Of a stretch of 64,000 nt of DNA, positions 13,780-26,859 are shown piece by piece. The translations under genes were made by a program, and so were the position numbers. The notes under the pieces were generated by a model. That model ran no database searches and was not told the origin of the DNA. It saw only the letters and a list, made by a program, of their open reading frames with translations. The first letter of the stretch is position 1; each line of letters begins with the position of its first letter. This stretch comes from Squalus acanthias (Eukaryota). The stretch covers positions 91,514,001 to 91,578,000 of the forward strand of contig CM059432.1 in assembly GCA_030390025.1 (NCBI GenBank), written 5' to 3'.

Positions 13780-14869
13780 GTGGCAAGGAATCTTGGTATA
13801 GAACCTGGACCAAAATTTGAATTGACCTCAGGTTTTCAAATGCTGTATTCCGAGTTGGCTCAGAACTCCAGCATTTAGCCTTTGACTCTAGGAGGTCACT
13901 ACTTCAAGTTCCATTTACTTATTTGTCTCATGGGTGTGCAGTTTGTCAGTTCTCTGCTGGGCAACTGGAAGAATTGCCATGTGATAGCTTTCTGTCTCGA
14001 GGGGAGGGAAAAACATGCATTATCTGGCTCGTCCTATTTGAATTCTGCCTGCAGCTGTTTGGTAAAAGAGAGACATTGACAGTTACAGAGAAGGTAACAG
14101 CCAGAGCATTTAGCAGAAGGGAAGGATGTGAAAGTGATCTTTTGCAATCATAATTTAAAATTTAGAACAGGATTTTATAAAAGATAATCATTTATGCTAC
14201 TGAACAATGTTAATTTCTTGATGTATTATGTCTAAGAAGAGTTAGTTTATTATTTATATTTTAAATTTACAATTTGAGTTGAATTTTTATACTCGCACAC
14301 TCCCAGTCATGTGCAGGACTGTAAATGCTGGGTAATTAATTTATATTTTTTCTTCAGATTTTTTTCTTTAGACCATTTCGTACAAAGGCAAGCCTATGCA
14401 GCGCTGCTCTTTAACCAGCTGTTCATGAGAGCAGCCTGTGATTCATCATCAACCTTCCCTTTTCTTCCTGTGGGAAGCACCTCATGTAGCCACCCAGCTG
14501 ACATCAGGAACTCATCCGGCTAGGGAAATGTGAATGCAAACCTATATTCTACCCCCTATGGTGCAACACTGGAATACGAGGACACAGTGTCCTACTGATT
14601 TATGTCTAGAACATATTCAATTTGTGCATTCAGTCTGAATCTCCCTTTTTTATTATTTCTCTTGACCCCTTTTGGGCCCTTCTCTTCTGTCTCCTCTGCT
14701 TCCCATCACCCAGCCATCTCACCATTCATTTCTCCTCCCTCAAGTATTTGTCCCAAACCTCTACTATTCCTTTGCTTTTGTGCTTTCTGCCACTGTCCCA
14801 GGCTTTAATCACTTTTGGATAAACCCATAGCTATGCTCTGTGCCTCTCTTGGCATTCTCTGAAGGGCGC

Positions 14870-16792
14870 ATTGAGTCACCTGTTGTTGCCTCCTTATGAG
14901 CAGCAAACTAAACTGCGCCATGCTCCTCTCTTGGTTGTTCCCCCTGGTATGGCCCCTATGCTGCCTCAAGTCCAAGGTGTGCAGACTTGAATGTATCTTG
15001 CACACAACTGGTCTAGTCATCCATTGCTAGATCTGGCTGGACCACATCAAGCACTGTTGAGCAGTCCTCTACCAAAACCACTCACTACTCTAGGATTATT
15101 CTGGAATGCAAAGATAACCTTTGACATCTTTTCTCCGCTACAAACTATCTTTTTGAATCCCTGCACCCTCCACCCTCACCTCCAATAACAAGTGCAAGGA
15201 GCCCGCGGACTTCTTTGTCACTAAGATTGAGGCCATCCATTCAGCTGCCTTTGCTGCAGCACTCCTTCCCCTTGTTCAAAAAACTTCCCCCATACCCTAG
15301 TCCTGAATCTGTGTTTTTCTCCAACTTACTAAATATCTCCCCTCATGCCCTCTCCGAGCTCATCTTGTCTATGAGGCTCATCTTCAGCTCTATCAACCCC
15401 ATTCCCACTAAACTGCTGACCACCCAACTTCCCTTCCTGGCCTCCATGCTAGTTGACATAAATGTTTCCTTTTCCTCAGGAACTGTCCTCCTCCCTTTCA
15501 AAACCACCATCATCACCACACCTTCTCAAAAAACCCACCCTTGATCCCTCTGTCCTTGCAAACTACCCCTCCCCCCCTCCCACCCATCTTCAATATCCCT
15601 TTTCTCTCAAGTCCTTCAATGGGTTGTCGCTTCTGGAATTCGTGCCTATCTTTCCCGCAACTCCATGCATAAATCTCTCCAATTAGGTTTCCACCCCTGC
15701 CACAGCTTCTCTTTCTTTCCCCTGGAGAGTTACCTCAAGTCCCCCAAGGAACCATCCTTGATCCCCTCCTATTTTTTATCTACAAGCCTTCCCCCCCCCC
15801 CCCCACCCCCCACCCCTCCGCAACATCATCCGATGAGATTGCATCAAGTTCCACATGTACACTGATGACACCTAGCTCTGCCTCTCCACTAACTCTCTCG
15901 ACCCCTCCACTGCCTCTGTGTTGTAAGCCTGCTTGTTCAACATCCAGTCCTGGATCAGCCACAATTTCCTCCAGTTGGGAAGATCAAAGCCCTAATCTTT
16001 GGTCTCCCGCCACAAACTCTGTTCTCTTGCCATCGATTACAGCCCCCTCCCAAGCTACTGTCTCAGGTTGAACCAGACTGTTTACAACCTCGGTATCTTA
16101 TTTGATCCTGAGCTGAGCTTCTAACTCCATATCCTCTCCATCACAAAGACTGCCTACTTCCACCTCCGTAACATCGCCCACCTCCACCTTGACCTCCGCT
16201 TATCTGCTGCTTAAACCCTAATCCATGCCTTTGTAACCTCCAGTCTCAACTATTCCAATTCTCTCCTGGCTGGTCTCCCATCCTCTACCCTCCATGAACT
16301 TCAGTGAATCCAAAATCTGCTGTACATATCCTAAACCCAACCATGTTCCGCTCACCTGTCACCCTTGTCCTGACCTACATTGGCTTCCAGTCCTCCAACG
16401 TCTCCAATTTAAAATTCTCATCCTCATGTCCAAGTCACTTCATGGCCTCACTGATCTGATCTGTAACCTCCTCCAGCCCTACAACCCTGCGTTCCTGCAA
16501 CTCTGACCTATGCATTCCCCACTCCCTTCGCCCCACCATTGGTGGCTGTGCCTTCAACTGTCTAGCTCTTAACTGGAATTCCCTCTCTATCCCTCTCTGC
16601 CTCTCCAACTCTCTCTCTCCCCTCTTTTAAGACCCTGCTTAAAACCCACCACTTTGACTAAGCCTTTAGTCACACCTATAATATCTCCTTTGTCTCTGTG
16701 TCAATTTTTGTCTGATTACAATTCTGTTAAGGGCCTAGGGATGTTTTTCTATATTAAAGGCGCTATTTAAAAGCAAGTTGCTGTTGTTGTTG
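14870..16792 (+). mobile_element. Degenerate L2 LINE
   Basis: LHWLPVLQRLQFKILILMSKSLHG; C/T-rich coding strand; tail GGCGCTATTTAAAAGCAAGTTGCTGTTGTTG. Confidence 0.85.
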
Positions 16793-16856
16793 TAGAAGTT
16801 AAATAAAAATATTCTGGCAGTTCAGCAGTCTGAATGTTACAGGTGCATCCTCTGAA

Positions 16857-19845
16857 TTTATTTTATTCATTCATGGGATGTGGGTGTCACTGGCAAGGCC
16901 AGTATTTATTGCCCATCCCCAATTGCCCTTGAGAAGGTCATGGTGAGCTGGCTTCTGGAACCGCTACAGTCTGTGAGGTAAGGGCTGTTAGGGAGGGAGT
17001 ACCAGGATTTTGATCCAGTGACAATCAAGGAACGGCGATCTATTTCCAAGTCAGGATGGTGTGTGACTTGGAGGGGAACTTGGAGGTGATGGTGTTCCCA
17101 TGCCCCTGTTGCCCTTATCCTTCTAGGTGGTAGAAATCGCGGGTTTGGGAGGTGCTGTCGAAGAAGCCTTGACAAGTTGCTGCAGTGTATCTTGTAGATG
17201 GTACGTACTGCAGCCATAGTGCACCGGTGGTGGAGGGAGTGAATGTTTACGGTGGTGGATGGGCTGCTAATCAAGCGGGCTGCTTTGTCCTGGATGGTGT
17301 CGAGCTTGAGTGTTGTTGGAGCTGCACTCATCCAGGCAAGTGGAGAGTATTCCATCACACTTCTGACTTGTTCCTTGTAGATGATAGAAAGGCTTTGGGG
17401 AGTCAGGAGATGCATCACTTGCCGCAGAATACCCAGCCTCTGACATGCTCTTGTAGCCACAGTATTTATGTGGCTGGTCCAGTTATGTTTCTGGTCCATG
17501 GTGACCACCAGGATGCTGATGTTGGGGAATTTGGCGCTGGCAATGCCGTTGAATGTCAAGGGGAGGTGGCTAGCCTCTCTCTTTTTGTAGATGGATATTG
17601 CCTGGCACTTGTGTGGCACGAATGTTACTTGCCACTTATCAGCCCAAGCCTGAATGTTGTCCAGGTCTTGCTGCATGCAGGCATGAGTGCTTCATTATCT
17701 GAGGAGTTGCGAATGGAACTGAACACTGCAATCATCAGCGAACATCCCCACTTCCGACCTTATGATGGAGGGAAGGACATTGATGAAGCAGCTGAAGATG
17801 GTTGGGCTCTGGACACTGCCCTGAGGAACTCCTGCAGTGATATCCTGGGGCTGAGATGATTGGCCTCCAACAACCACAACCATCTTCCTTTGTGCTAGGT
17901 ATGACTCCAGCCAGTGGTGAGTTTTGTCCCTGATTCCCATTTAATTTTACCAGGAGTCCTTGATGCCACAATCGGTCAAATGCCTACCTTGATGTCAAGG
18001 GCAGTCACTCTCACCTCATCTCTATAATTCAGCTCTTTTGTCCATGTTTGGACCAAGGCTGTAATGAGGTCTGGAGCCAAGTGGTCCTGGCTGAACCCAA
18101 ATTGAGCATTGGTGAGCAGGTTATTGGTGAGTAAGTGCTGCTTATTGACGACACCTTCCATCACTTTGCTGATGATTGAGAGTAGCCTGATGGGGCGGTA
18201 ATTGGCCGGATTGGATTTGTCCTGCTTTTTGTGGATAGGTCACACCTGGGCAATTTTCCACTTTGTCGGGTAGATGCCAGTGTTGTAGCTGTACTGGAAC
18301 AGCTTGGCTAGAGGTGCGGCTAGTTCTGGAGCACATGTCTTCAGCACTACAGCCAGGATGTTGTCGGGGCCCATAGCCTTTGCTGGATCCAGTGCGCTGA
18401 ACCGTTTCTTAATATCACGTGGAGTGAATCGAATTGGCTGAAGACTGATGGTGGGGACCTCAGGAGGAGGCTGATATAGATCATCCACTCGGCACTTCTG
18501 GCTGAAGATGGTTCCAAACGCTTCAGCCTTGTCTTTTGCAGTCATGTGCTGGGCTCTGCCATTATTGAGGATGGGGATTTTTATGGAGCCTCCTCCTCCC
18601 AGTTAGTTGTTTAATTGTCCATCACTATTCATGACTGAATGTGGCAGGACTGCAGAGCTTTGGTCTGATCCATTGGTGGTGGGATCGTTAGCTCTGTCTA
18701 TAGCATGCTGCTTCTGCTGTTTAGCATGCATGTGGTCCTGTGTTGTAGCTTCACCAGATTGGCACCTCATTTTTAGGTATGCCTGGTGCTGCTCCTGACA
18801 TGCTCTTCTACACTCCTCATTGAACCAGGGTTGGTCCCCTGGCTTGATGGTAATGGTAGAGTGAGGGATATGCCGGGCCATGAGGTTACAGTTTGTGGTG
18901 GAATACAATTCTGCTGCTGCTGATGGCCCACAGCGCCTCATGGATGCCCAGTTTTGAGCTGCTAGATCTGTTCTGAATCTATCCCATTTAGCACGGTGGT
19001 AGTGCTACACAACACGATGGGGGAGTGTCCTCAGTGTGAAGACAGGACTTTGTCTCCACAAGGACTGTCCGGTGGCCACTCCTACCAATACTGTCATGGA
19101 CAGGTGCATCTGCGACAGGTAGATTGGTGAGGACGAGGTCAAGTAGGTGTTTCCCTCGTGTTGGTTCTCTAGCCATCTGCCGCAGGCCCAGTCTGGCACC
19201 TATATCCTTCAGGGCTCAGCCAACTCGGTCAGTAGTGGTGCTACCGAGCCACTCTGGGGATGGACATTGAATTCCCCCACCCAAAGTATGTCTGTGCCCT
19301 TGATACCCTCAGTGCTTCTTCCAAGTGGTGTTCAGCCTGGAGGAGTACTGATTCATCAGCTGAGGGAGGGCGGTAGGGGGTAATCAGTAGGCGGTTTCCT
19401 TGCCCATGTTTGACCTGATGCCATTGTTGAGGACTCCCAGGGCCAATCCTTCATGACTGTATACCTCTGGTGGGTCTGTCCTGCCGGTGGGACTGGACCT
19501 ACCCGGGGATGGTGATGGAGGAGTCTTGGACGTTGGCTGAAAGGTACAATTCTGTGAGTATGACTGTCAGGCTGTTGCTTGTCTAGTCTGTGGGACAGCT
19601 CTCTCCATTTTGGCACAAGTCCCCAGATGTTAGTGAGAATGACTTTGCAGGGCTGGGTGTGCCTTTGCCATGTCTGAATCCGGTGCCTAGGTTGATGCTG
19701 CGTGGTCCGTCCGGTTTTATTCTTATTGCTTTTCCAACAGTTTGATACAACTGAGTGGCTTACTAGGCCATTTCAGAAGGCAATTAAGAGTCAACCACAT
19801 TGCTATGGATCTGGTGTCAGATATGGGCCAGACCAGGTAAGGGTG
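16857..19845 (-). mobile_element. Second CR1-group LINE family: EN-RT ORF2 only, decayed, with a SINE-like 5' segment
   Basis: EN (LDLVLTN...SIGRSGH), RT (GVPQGSV, MFADD) and C-terminal (MEYSPLAW) motifs; tail AAGGGCAATTGGGGATGGGCAATAAAT...ATGAATGAATAAA. Confidence 0.88.
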
Positions 19846-20268
19846 GATACTTGAGAAGGTGGCGGTGAGCCACCTTCTTGAACCGCTGCAGTCCATGTGG
19901 TGAAGGTACTCCCACAGTGCCGTTGGGGAGGGAGTTTCAGGATTTTGACCCAGCGGCGATGAAGGATTGGCAATATACTTCCATGTCAGGATGGTGTGGG
20001 GAGAGAGCGGGAATATGGTATTGAGATAGAGGATCAGTCATGATCATATTGAATGGTGGAGCAGGCTCGAATGGCCTACTCCTGCTTCTATTTTTCTATG
20101 TTTCTGTGTGTGTGTGACTTGAAGGGGAACTTGGAGGTGGTGGTGTTCCCATGCGCCTGCTGCCCTCTTCTTTCTAGGTGGAAGAGGTCGCGGGTTTGGG
20201 AGATGCTGCCGAAGAAGGTTTTGCGAGTTGCTGCAGTGCATCTTGTAGATAGTACACACTGCAGCCTG
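19846..20268 (-). mobile_element. 3' fragment of the second CR1-group family containing a + strand CR1 tail (about 20000-20105)
   Basis: Matches 16920-17215; internal GGCTCGAATGGCCTACTCCTGCTTCTATTTTTCTATG. Confidence 0.8.
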
Positions 20269-20269
20269 G

Positions 20270-22287
20270 ATTAACTGGATGAGTAGAAATTTCTTCCAAT
20301 TAAATATCGGGAAGACCAAAGCCATTGTCTTCGATTCACGCCACAGACTCCATTCCCTTTCCACTGATTCAGTCTCTCTCCCTGGCAACTGTCTAAGGCT
20401 GATCAAATTTTGATAAGGTCCCACATGGCAGACTGGTCACGAAAGTGAAAGCCCATGGGATCCAGGGCAAAGTGTCAAGTTGGATCCAAAATTGGCTGAG
20501 GCAGGAAGCAAAGGGTAATGGTCGACGGGTGTTTTTGTGACTGGAAGGCTGTTTCCAGTGGGGTTCCGCAGGGCTCAGTACTAGGTCCCTTGCTTTTTGT
20601 GGTATATATCAGTGATTTAGACTTGAATGTAGGGGGTATGATTAAGAAGTTTGCAGATGATACTAAAATCAGCTGTGTGGTTGATCATGAAGAAGAAAGC
20701 TGTAGACTGCAGGAAGATATCAATGAACTGGTGAGGTGGGCAGAACAGTGGCAAATGGAATTCAATCTGGAGAAGTATGAGGTAATGCGTTTGGGGAGGG
20801 CTAACAAGGCAAGGGAATACACTATAAATGGTAGGACACTGAGAAGCGTAGAGGAACAAAGGGACCTTGGAGTGCAGGTCCACAGATCCCTGAAGGTAGT
20901 AGGCCAAGTAGATAAGGTGGTTAAGAAGGCAAATGGAATACTTGCCTTTATTACCGAGGCATAGAATACAAGAGCAGGGAGGTTATGCTTGAACTGTATA
21001 AAACACTAGTTAGGCCACAGCTAGAATGCTACCTACAGTTCTGGTCACCACATGATTGCACTAGAGAGGGTACAGAGGGGATTTATGACGATGTTGCCTG
21101 GACGAGAATTTTAGCTACGAGGAAAGATTGGATAGGCTGGGTTTGTTTTCTTTGGAATATAGGAGGCTGAGGGGAGACTTTATTGAGGTGTGTAAAATTA
21201 TGAGGGGCCTAGATAGAGTGGATAGGCAGAACCCTTAGCAGAGGGGTCAACAACCAGGGGGGCATAGATTTAAAGTAATTGGTCGGAGGTTTAGAGGGGA
21301 TTTGAGGGGAAATTTCTTCACCCACAGGGTGGTGGGGGTCTGGAACTCACTGCCTGAAAGGGTGGTAGAGGCAGAACCCCTCATCACATTTAAAAAGTGC
21401 TTGGATGTGCACTTGAAGTGCCGTAACCTACATGGCTACGGACCAAGAGTTGGAAAGTGGGATTAGGCTGGATAGCTCCTTGTCAGCCAGCGTGGACATG
21501 ATGGGCTGAAATGGCCGCCTTCCGTGCTGTAAATTTCTATGATTCTATGAAGTCTGTTCGCAACCTTGGTGTCATATTTGATCACGAATTGAGCTTCCCA
21601 CCTCATATCCGTTATATCACTAAGACTGCCCATTTCCACCTTTGGAATATCGCCTGTCTCCGCCCTTACCTCAACTTATCTGCTGCTGAAACCCTCATCC
21701 ATGCCTTTATCACCTCTAGACTTGACTATTCCAATGCACTCCTGGCTGGCCTCCCTAGTTCTACCCTCTATAAACTTGAGGTCATCCAAAATTCTGCCAC
21801 CCGTGTGCTAACTTGTACCAAGTCCCGTTCACCCATCTCCCCTGTGCTCGCTGACCTACATTGACTTCCAGTTAAGCAACACCTCGATTTTAAAATTCAA
21901 ATCCTTGTTTTCAAATCCCTCCATGGCCTTGCCCCTCCTTATCTCTGTAATCTCCTCCAGCCCTATAATTCCCCTAGACCTCTGCGCTCCACCTATTCAG
22001 GACTCTTGAACATGCCCGATTTTAATTGCTCCATCATTTGCATTCGTGCCTTCAGCTGCCTGGGTTCTAAGCTCTGGAATTCCCTCCCTAAATCGCTCCG
22101 CCTCTCCACTTCTCTTTCCTCCTTTTAAGACTCTCTTTTAAAACCTACCTCTTCGATCAAGCTTTTGGTCAGCTGCCCTAACATTTCCTTATATGGCTCG
22201 ATGTCATTTTTTTTGATAACACTCCTGTGAAGCGCCTTGGGACGTATTATTATGTTAAAGGCACTATATAAATATAAATTGTTGTTA
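20270..22287 (+). mobile_element. L2 3' fragment split by a CR1 insertion
   Basis: SVRNLGVIFD, LIHAFITSRLDYSNALL; L2 sequence is contiguous across 20405-21549; TTGTTG tail. Confidence 0.88.
20405..21549 (+). mobile_element. 5'-truncated CR1 LINE
   Basis: SGVPQGSVLGP, KFADDTK; tail (TTCTATGA)n. Confidence 0.9.
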
Positions 22288-22372
22288 TAAATTCCACAGC
22301 TGCCATGGTGGGATTGAATTCATGTCCCTGGATTCGTAGTCCAGGAACATAACCACTATGCTACCGTTCCCA
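22288..22372 (-). mobile_element. tRNA-derived SINE head fragment
   Basis: Reverse complement GGGAACGGTAGCATAGTGGTTATG matches 63847 onward. Confidence 0.7.
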
Positions 22373-22431
22373 TTAATTGGGTAACTTCACATGCTCACAG
22401 TGCAAAATCTTTATTCAGATAAAAGAATCAT

Positions 22432-23600
22432 GAGTGGTTTTTAATTTGTTCTCTGGATGTGGATGATGCTGGCAAGGATATATTTATTACCCATCCTTAG
22501 TTTCCCTGATTGATTGACTTGCTAAATCACTTCAGCAGGCATTAAGGCCCCGATATTTACTGGGCGGGATTTCCAAGTAGCGGGGAGGAGTTTTGGTTGG
22601 GATCAACGTTCCCGCGAAGGCCGCGCAGCGGTCTGGAGGTCCTGTGTAGGCCACTCAACAGTTTTTAAACGGGGAAAAACTGCATATGTGCGAAAATTTG
22701 AATGGGCTGTGCAGCCAGCTCAAAGGGTCCGCACAGGGGAAAAAAAAAAGAGGGAACATTGGTTGGGATCCCCGAACGCTGTGGAGTTTGAACTCCACAG
22801 TGTGCTTTTTGTTTTAGGAGGTTCCCTGCCCAGAAGCCAGCCTGATTGACAGGCTTTGCTCCTGTCGGGCGGGAACGCTCCAGAAGAGGCCGCAGCCCAG
22901 GAGCAGGTCGCTTTCCTGCTCCTCAGGGTAGAGATCATGAGGGGGGTGGGTACAGCATGGTTTGGTGGGTCGGGGTGATCGCGGGAGAGGGGTTGTAGAG
23001 ATGTCAGGGGCTCGGCAATCGCGGGGTGGGGGGTGCTCGGTGAACGCCAGTGGGTCCGATCGCGGGGAAGGAAGCAGGTTAGCTTGGTGGACCGGGGAGA
23101 AGCACTCCTGCTCCTCCTGGCCCACAAGCAGTACTGGAAAGGCACTTTCCTCTTCCACGCAGCAGTCCTCGTCTCCCTTTATCTGCCGAGTTTCCCAAGT
23201 GCAGGGAAACCCATCCGGCCAGAGTTAAACCTGGAAGAGAGCTAAAATCTGAGGCACAAAGCCTCATTAAAATATTTAAATGAGCCACCCATCTCCTGGG
23301 AGCAGGCTGGTTACCCGTCCCGCCTCTGTTAAAATCAGAAGTGGGTGGGTTCGAGGCGGGTGGATTCAGGTTTGAGATTTTAAAAATGTTAATATCCCAC
23401 CCGACCCAAACCCACCCATTTTTGGGAGTCAAAATTGCCCCCCCCCCCCAGAGTCAACTATGTAGTCTTGTCCTGGAGTCACATTGGCCAGACCAAGTAG
23501 GGGCGGCAGGTTATCTTTCCTGAAGAACATTAGTGAACCAGTTGGGTTTTTATGACAATCCAGTAGCTTTCATGGTCATTGTTTTCTGGTGCTTATCCAC
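22432..23600 (-). mobile_element. SINE body plus LINE-type tail, split by the MITE at 22546-23449
   Basis: 23530-23575 matches 63960-64000; 23450-23520 matches 19788-19845; 22440-22510 matches the LINE tail at 16857-16935. Confidence 0.75.
22546..23449. mobile_element. Harbinger-type MITE, G-rich family
   Basis: TAA|GGCCCCGATATTT ... AAAATTGCCCCC; homologous to 61356-62404. Confidence 0.85.
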
Positions 23601-24294
23601 AATTACCAGAATTATATTAGAATTCTTATAGGAAATGTTTACATCGCAATTGTCAATGGAACGTATGTAAGAATTAAAAAATGTTAGTTATGCATATAAC
23701 ATTAATTAAACTCTACCTGGAATTATTATATAGTATATTTTTCTAATGACTGCAAAATATGTTCATAATTCAATACCTTACTTTGTCATATGATACATGA
23801 TACTTTATATCTTTAATCCCATATCAATGTTGTCACATTACTGTGGAAAAATGAACACTATCTGAAAAAATACAATATGCAAGCAACTGACAGTAAATTT
23901 TAAGAACTTATCCAGTATCTGGCTTCTGCTGACATTCATTGAATTGCTGCCTTGTTAACGCACAACCAGCCATCCATTACCCTAAATATAGCAGGATTTT
24001 TAATGGGAGAATTTTGTTCAGTTGCTGTAATTAAATAGTGTGAGAATGTTGTCTTACGATTTTTCCCATTGCAGCCAATTATAAAACATTCATATTAGAC
24101 ATCATATAGAGAGATAGATTTGTTATCCTGAAGTTGTACTTTAAAAGCCAACCAGTATTTGGGGAGATAAGTTGCAGGCTGCTTTTAATAAAAGATTAAA
24201 AAAAAATATCATCATGGTCTAATGAACAAATCCATTGATACTGTACATACTTGTGATTTTTGAATATTCCAAATTGTAGAAGATTAAAAGGTAA

Positions 24295-24405
24295 TCGAAA
24301 CGTTAACTCTGTCTCTCTCCACAGATGCTGCCTCACCTGCTGAGTATTTCCAGCATTTTGTGTTTTTATTTCAGATTTCCAGCATCCGCAGTATTTTGCT
24401 TTTGT
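24295..24405 (+). repeat. Penelope-type terminal repeat fragment with a partial hammerhead
   Basis: Reverse-complement match to 42865-42972; keeps GAAACGTTAACT but lacks CTGATGA. Confidence 0.65.
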
Positions 24406-25171
24406 AGAAGATTAATTTGATCCATGAATCCGTATAATATATAACTGTGACCAATAACAGATGGTAAAGTCAATAAGTGACTCTGTACCGGATTTTCCTT
24501 GCGTGAAAGCCTTTGGGTGGCTTAATGATACCTTACATAATGTAAACTGATCTAAGATTGGATGCAGAAACAACATGGGTGAGTATTTTTCACAAGTGCT
24601 AGCTTGTATTTTATACACTGATGCTATATAGCAGGCCAAAGGTGACTGCAACTGAAATGGAATATTATTGAGTTGCTGTGATATCAAATGAATTCGCAGC
24701 AAGTCAAATATTTGTCCTTGGTAGCTCAAGAAAGGGCAAGAAACTTACAGGAGCAGATGAAAATGTCTCTGTTGCTGTTTAGTTAATTATATTTCATAAA
24801 GAGAAGTAACATTTTGCTAAGGAACATATCTGCTTATTTCCTTGTTTCGTCAAGTAACAGAGCTAGATCGTTAAAGGACAATTATTGGAGGTAGCTGGAC
24901 CCATGCTGACATTGAAACAAAAGCAAAATACTGCAGATGCTGGATTTCTGTTTTTATTCCTTGCTTGCATTGCTTTTTTTTGTTGGGGTGGGTGGCAGGG
25001 GAGGGTCAGGAGTGGAAGGAGGAGTTTTATCAAGTTTGGTCTGTCCAATATTGCTCCTAATTCAGTACAAATCCCTGATGGTCCATAACCTCCTGCCTCG
25101 AGAGTTGGGCAAGTTCTTGATTTGATCCTTGTCTTACATGTCAACTGTTTGAGCTTTTTTAAAGGGCTGGG

Positions 25172-25565
25172 AAAAGACTTGCATTTATATAGCACCTTTC
25201 ATGACCTCAGGACATCCCAAAGCACTTTACAGCCAATGAAGTACTTTTTGAAGTTGTAATGTAGGAAACACAGAAGCCAATTTGTGCTCCCACAAGGACC
25301 AATATGATGATGACCAGATAATCTGTTTTTGTGATGTTGATTAATTGATGAGTGCCATGGGATCTTTTACATCCACCTGTGCGAGCAGACAGGGCCTCGG
25401 TTTGATGTCTCATCCGAAAGACGGCACCTCAGACAGTGCAGCACTCCCTCAGTACTGCACTGGAGTGTCAGCCTAGATTTTTGTGCTCAAGTCTCTGGAA
25501 TGGGACTTGAACCCACAACCTTCTGACTCAGGCGAGAGTGCTACCAATTGAGTCACGGCTGACAC
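25172..25565 (-). mobile_element. Deu-domain SINE (SacSINE1/AmnSINE1-like) with tRNA head and L2-type tail
   Basis: GAGGTGCCGTCTTTCGGATGAGAC...CAGGTGGATGTAAAAGATCCCATGGCAC core; B box GGTTCAAGTCCC; tail GGTGCTATATAAATGCAAGTCTTT. Confidence 0.85.
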
Positions 25566-26859
25566 TTGGCAAGTAACCCCATAGCAAGTAACAATGACTC
25601 AAGCACAAAGCTTGCCAGTATTCTAGCCCAGAGTTTATTGAACTATTAACTGAATCGAAGTCAGGGCTCCTAAAATGAAAGTGGTCGTTGGCCACTAAGA
25701 GCATGGGCCTGAGAATGTCCAGTCACAGGCCGCACCAACTCAGTGGTTGCCAGAAATGTTATCCTCCAAAGAGATTACAATATCTTCCATGTCCATGACT
25801 GTTCTTGCTTCTGTGCTCTGGTTCAACCCTCCGAAGAGACACGATTACCAACATCAAGTGACAATGCATCTTCCTGAAGGGGTGGAGGTGGAACCATTCT
25901 CGGGCAGGGGAGGGACCCGGAACAGCAGCGGCTCTGGTTGTTTTGTCAAGTGCAGAGGATCAATAAAACTTTGGGGTGGTCCACCAGCTAATATTGGGCC
26001 GGGCCGGGCATGCACAATGCACATTTGCCAACTAGTGTCCTAAAATGGCAATCGGGATCCTATGCATGTCCTAGGACCCTGATTTGCATATTAAAAGAGC
26101 CTACCACCTGGCTCAGGTGGGTGCTCTAGTCGTCCAGTGGTAGGCCCTGAGGAAGATAGGAAAGGCCACTCGGGGTGGTAAGTCATTCCCCACCATTTTT
26201 GGGCACGACTGCCCTGTTTCATCCAGGTGGGAGGCCTCAAACTCACCCCCATCTTTAGCTCAGTATTTTAAAGTTAAAGCTTCATTCATTGCTTATCGCT
26301 TGCACTGCAAGAATTTCTGACTCGGCTCATGCACTTAATATTTATTGCCTATTTTTTCTCATTTCTATACATGACTGATCAGTAGTTAGAGACTCAGATA
26401 CTAAAGGCATTTGAAACCTCTGTTTCCCACCCGCAGCCAGCCAGAATGAGAGGGAGGAAGGGATCGCATGGGGGGTGGTCGGAGCAGCACAGGGAAGGCC
26501 AGTGGGGTGGGGGTGGGGGTGGGGGGATAGTTGGGACCGTTTGGAGGAGCGTGGTGGTGGTGGAGGGGGTGGGGGGTCAGGGGTTGGGACCAATTGGGGG
26601 GGCGGCAGAGGTAAATCGGCGGGGGGGGTTGCGGCATCATCGGAGGGCCAGCAGGAGCACGGGGGGGGGCAGAGGACATCGGAGGGCCAGAGGAGTGGAG
26701 GGGGTGGGATCGGAGGCCTTGTGCGGGTGGGTCTCCGATCATGGGGGGTGGGTTAGGCAGGGATGCTGAATCTAGGAGGCACGTATAAAGGCACTTACCC
26801 CCTGGATCCAGCAGTCCTCACCTTCCATTAGCTGGCGGGTTTCACGAGGCCTGCAAAAT

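Noticed and set aside
14371..14523. Candidate exon after a polypyrimidine tract
   Set aside because: All frames stop within about 150 nt and the product is unrecognisable
17185..17859. 224-aa + strand ORF and similar antisense ORFs (27091-28717, 51421-51936, 58535-59106)
   Set aside because: Shadow frames opposite LINE coding sequence
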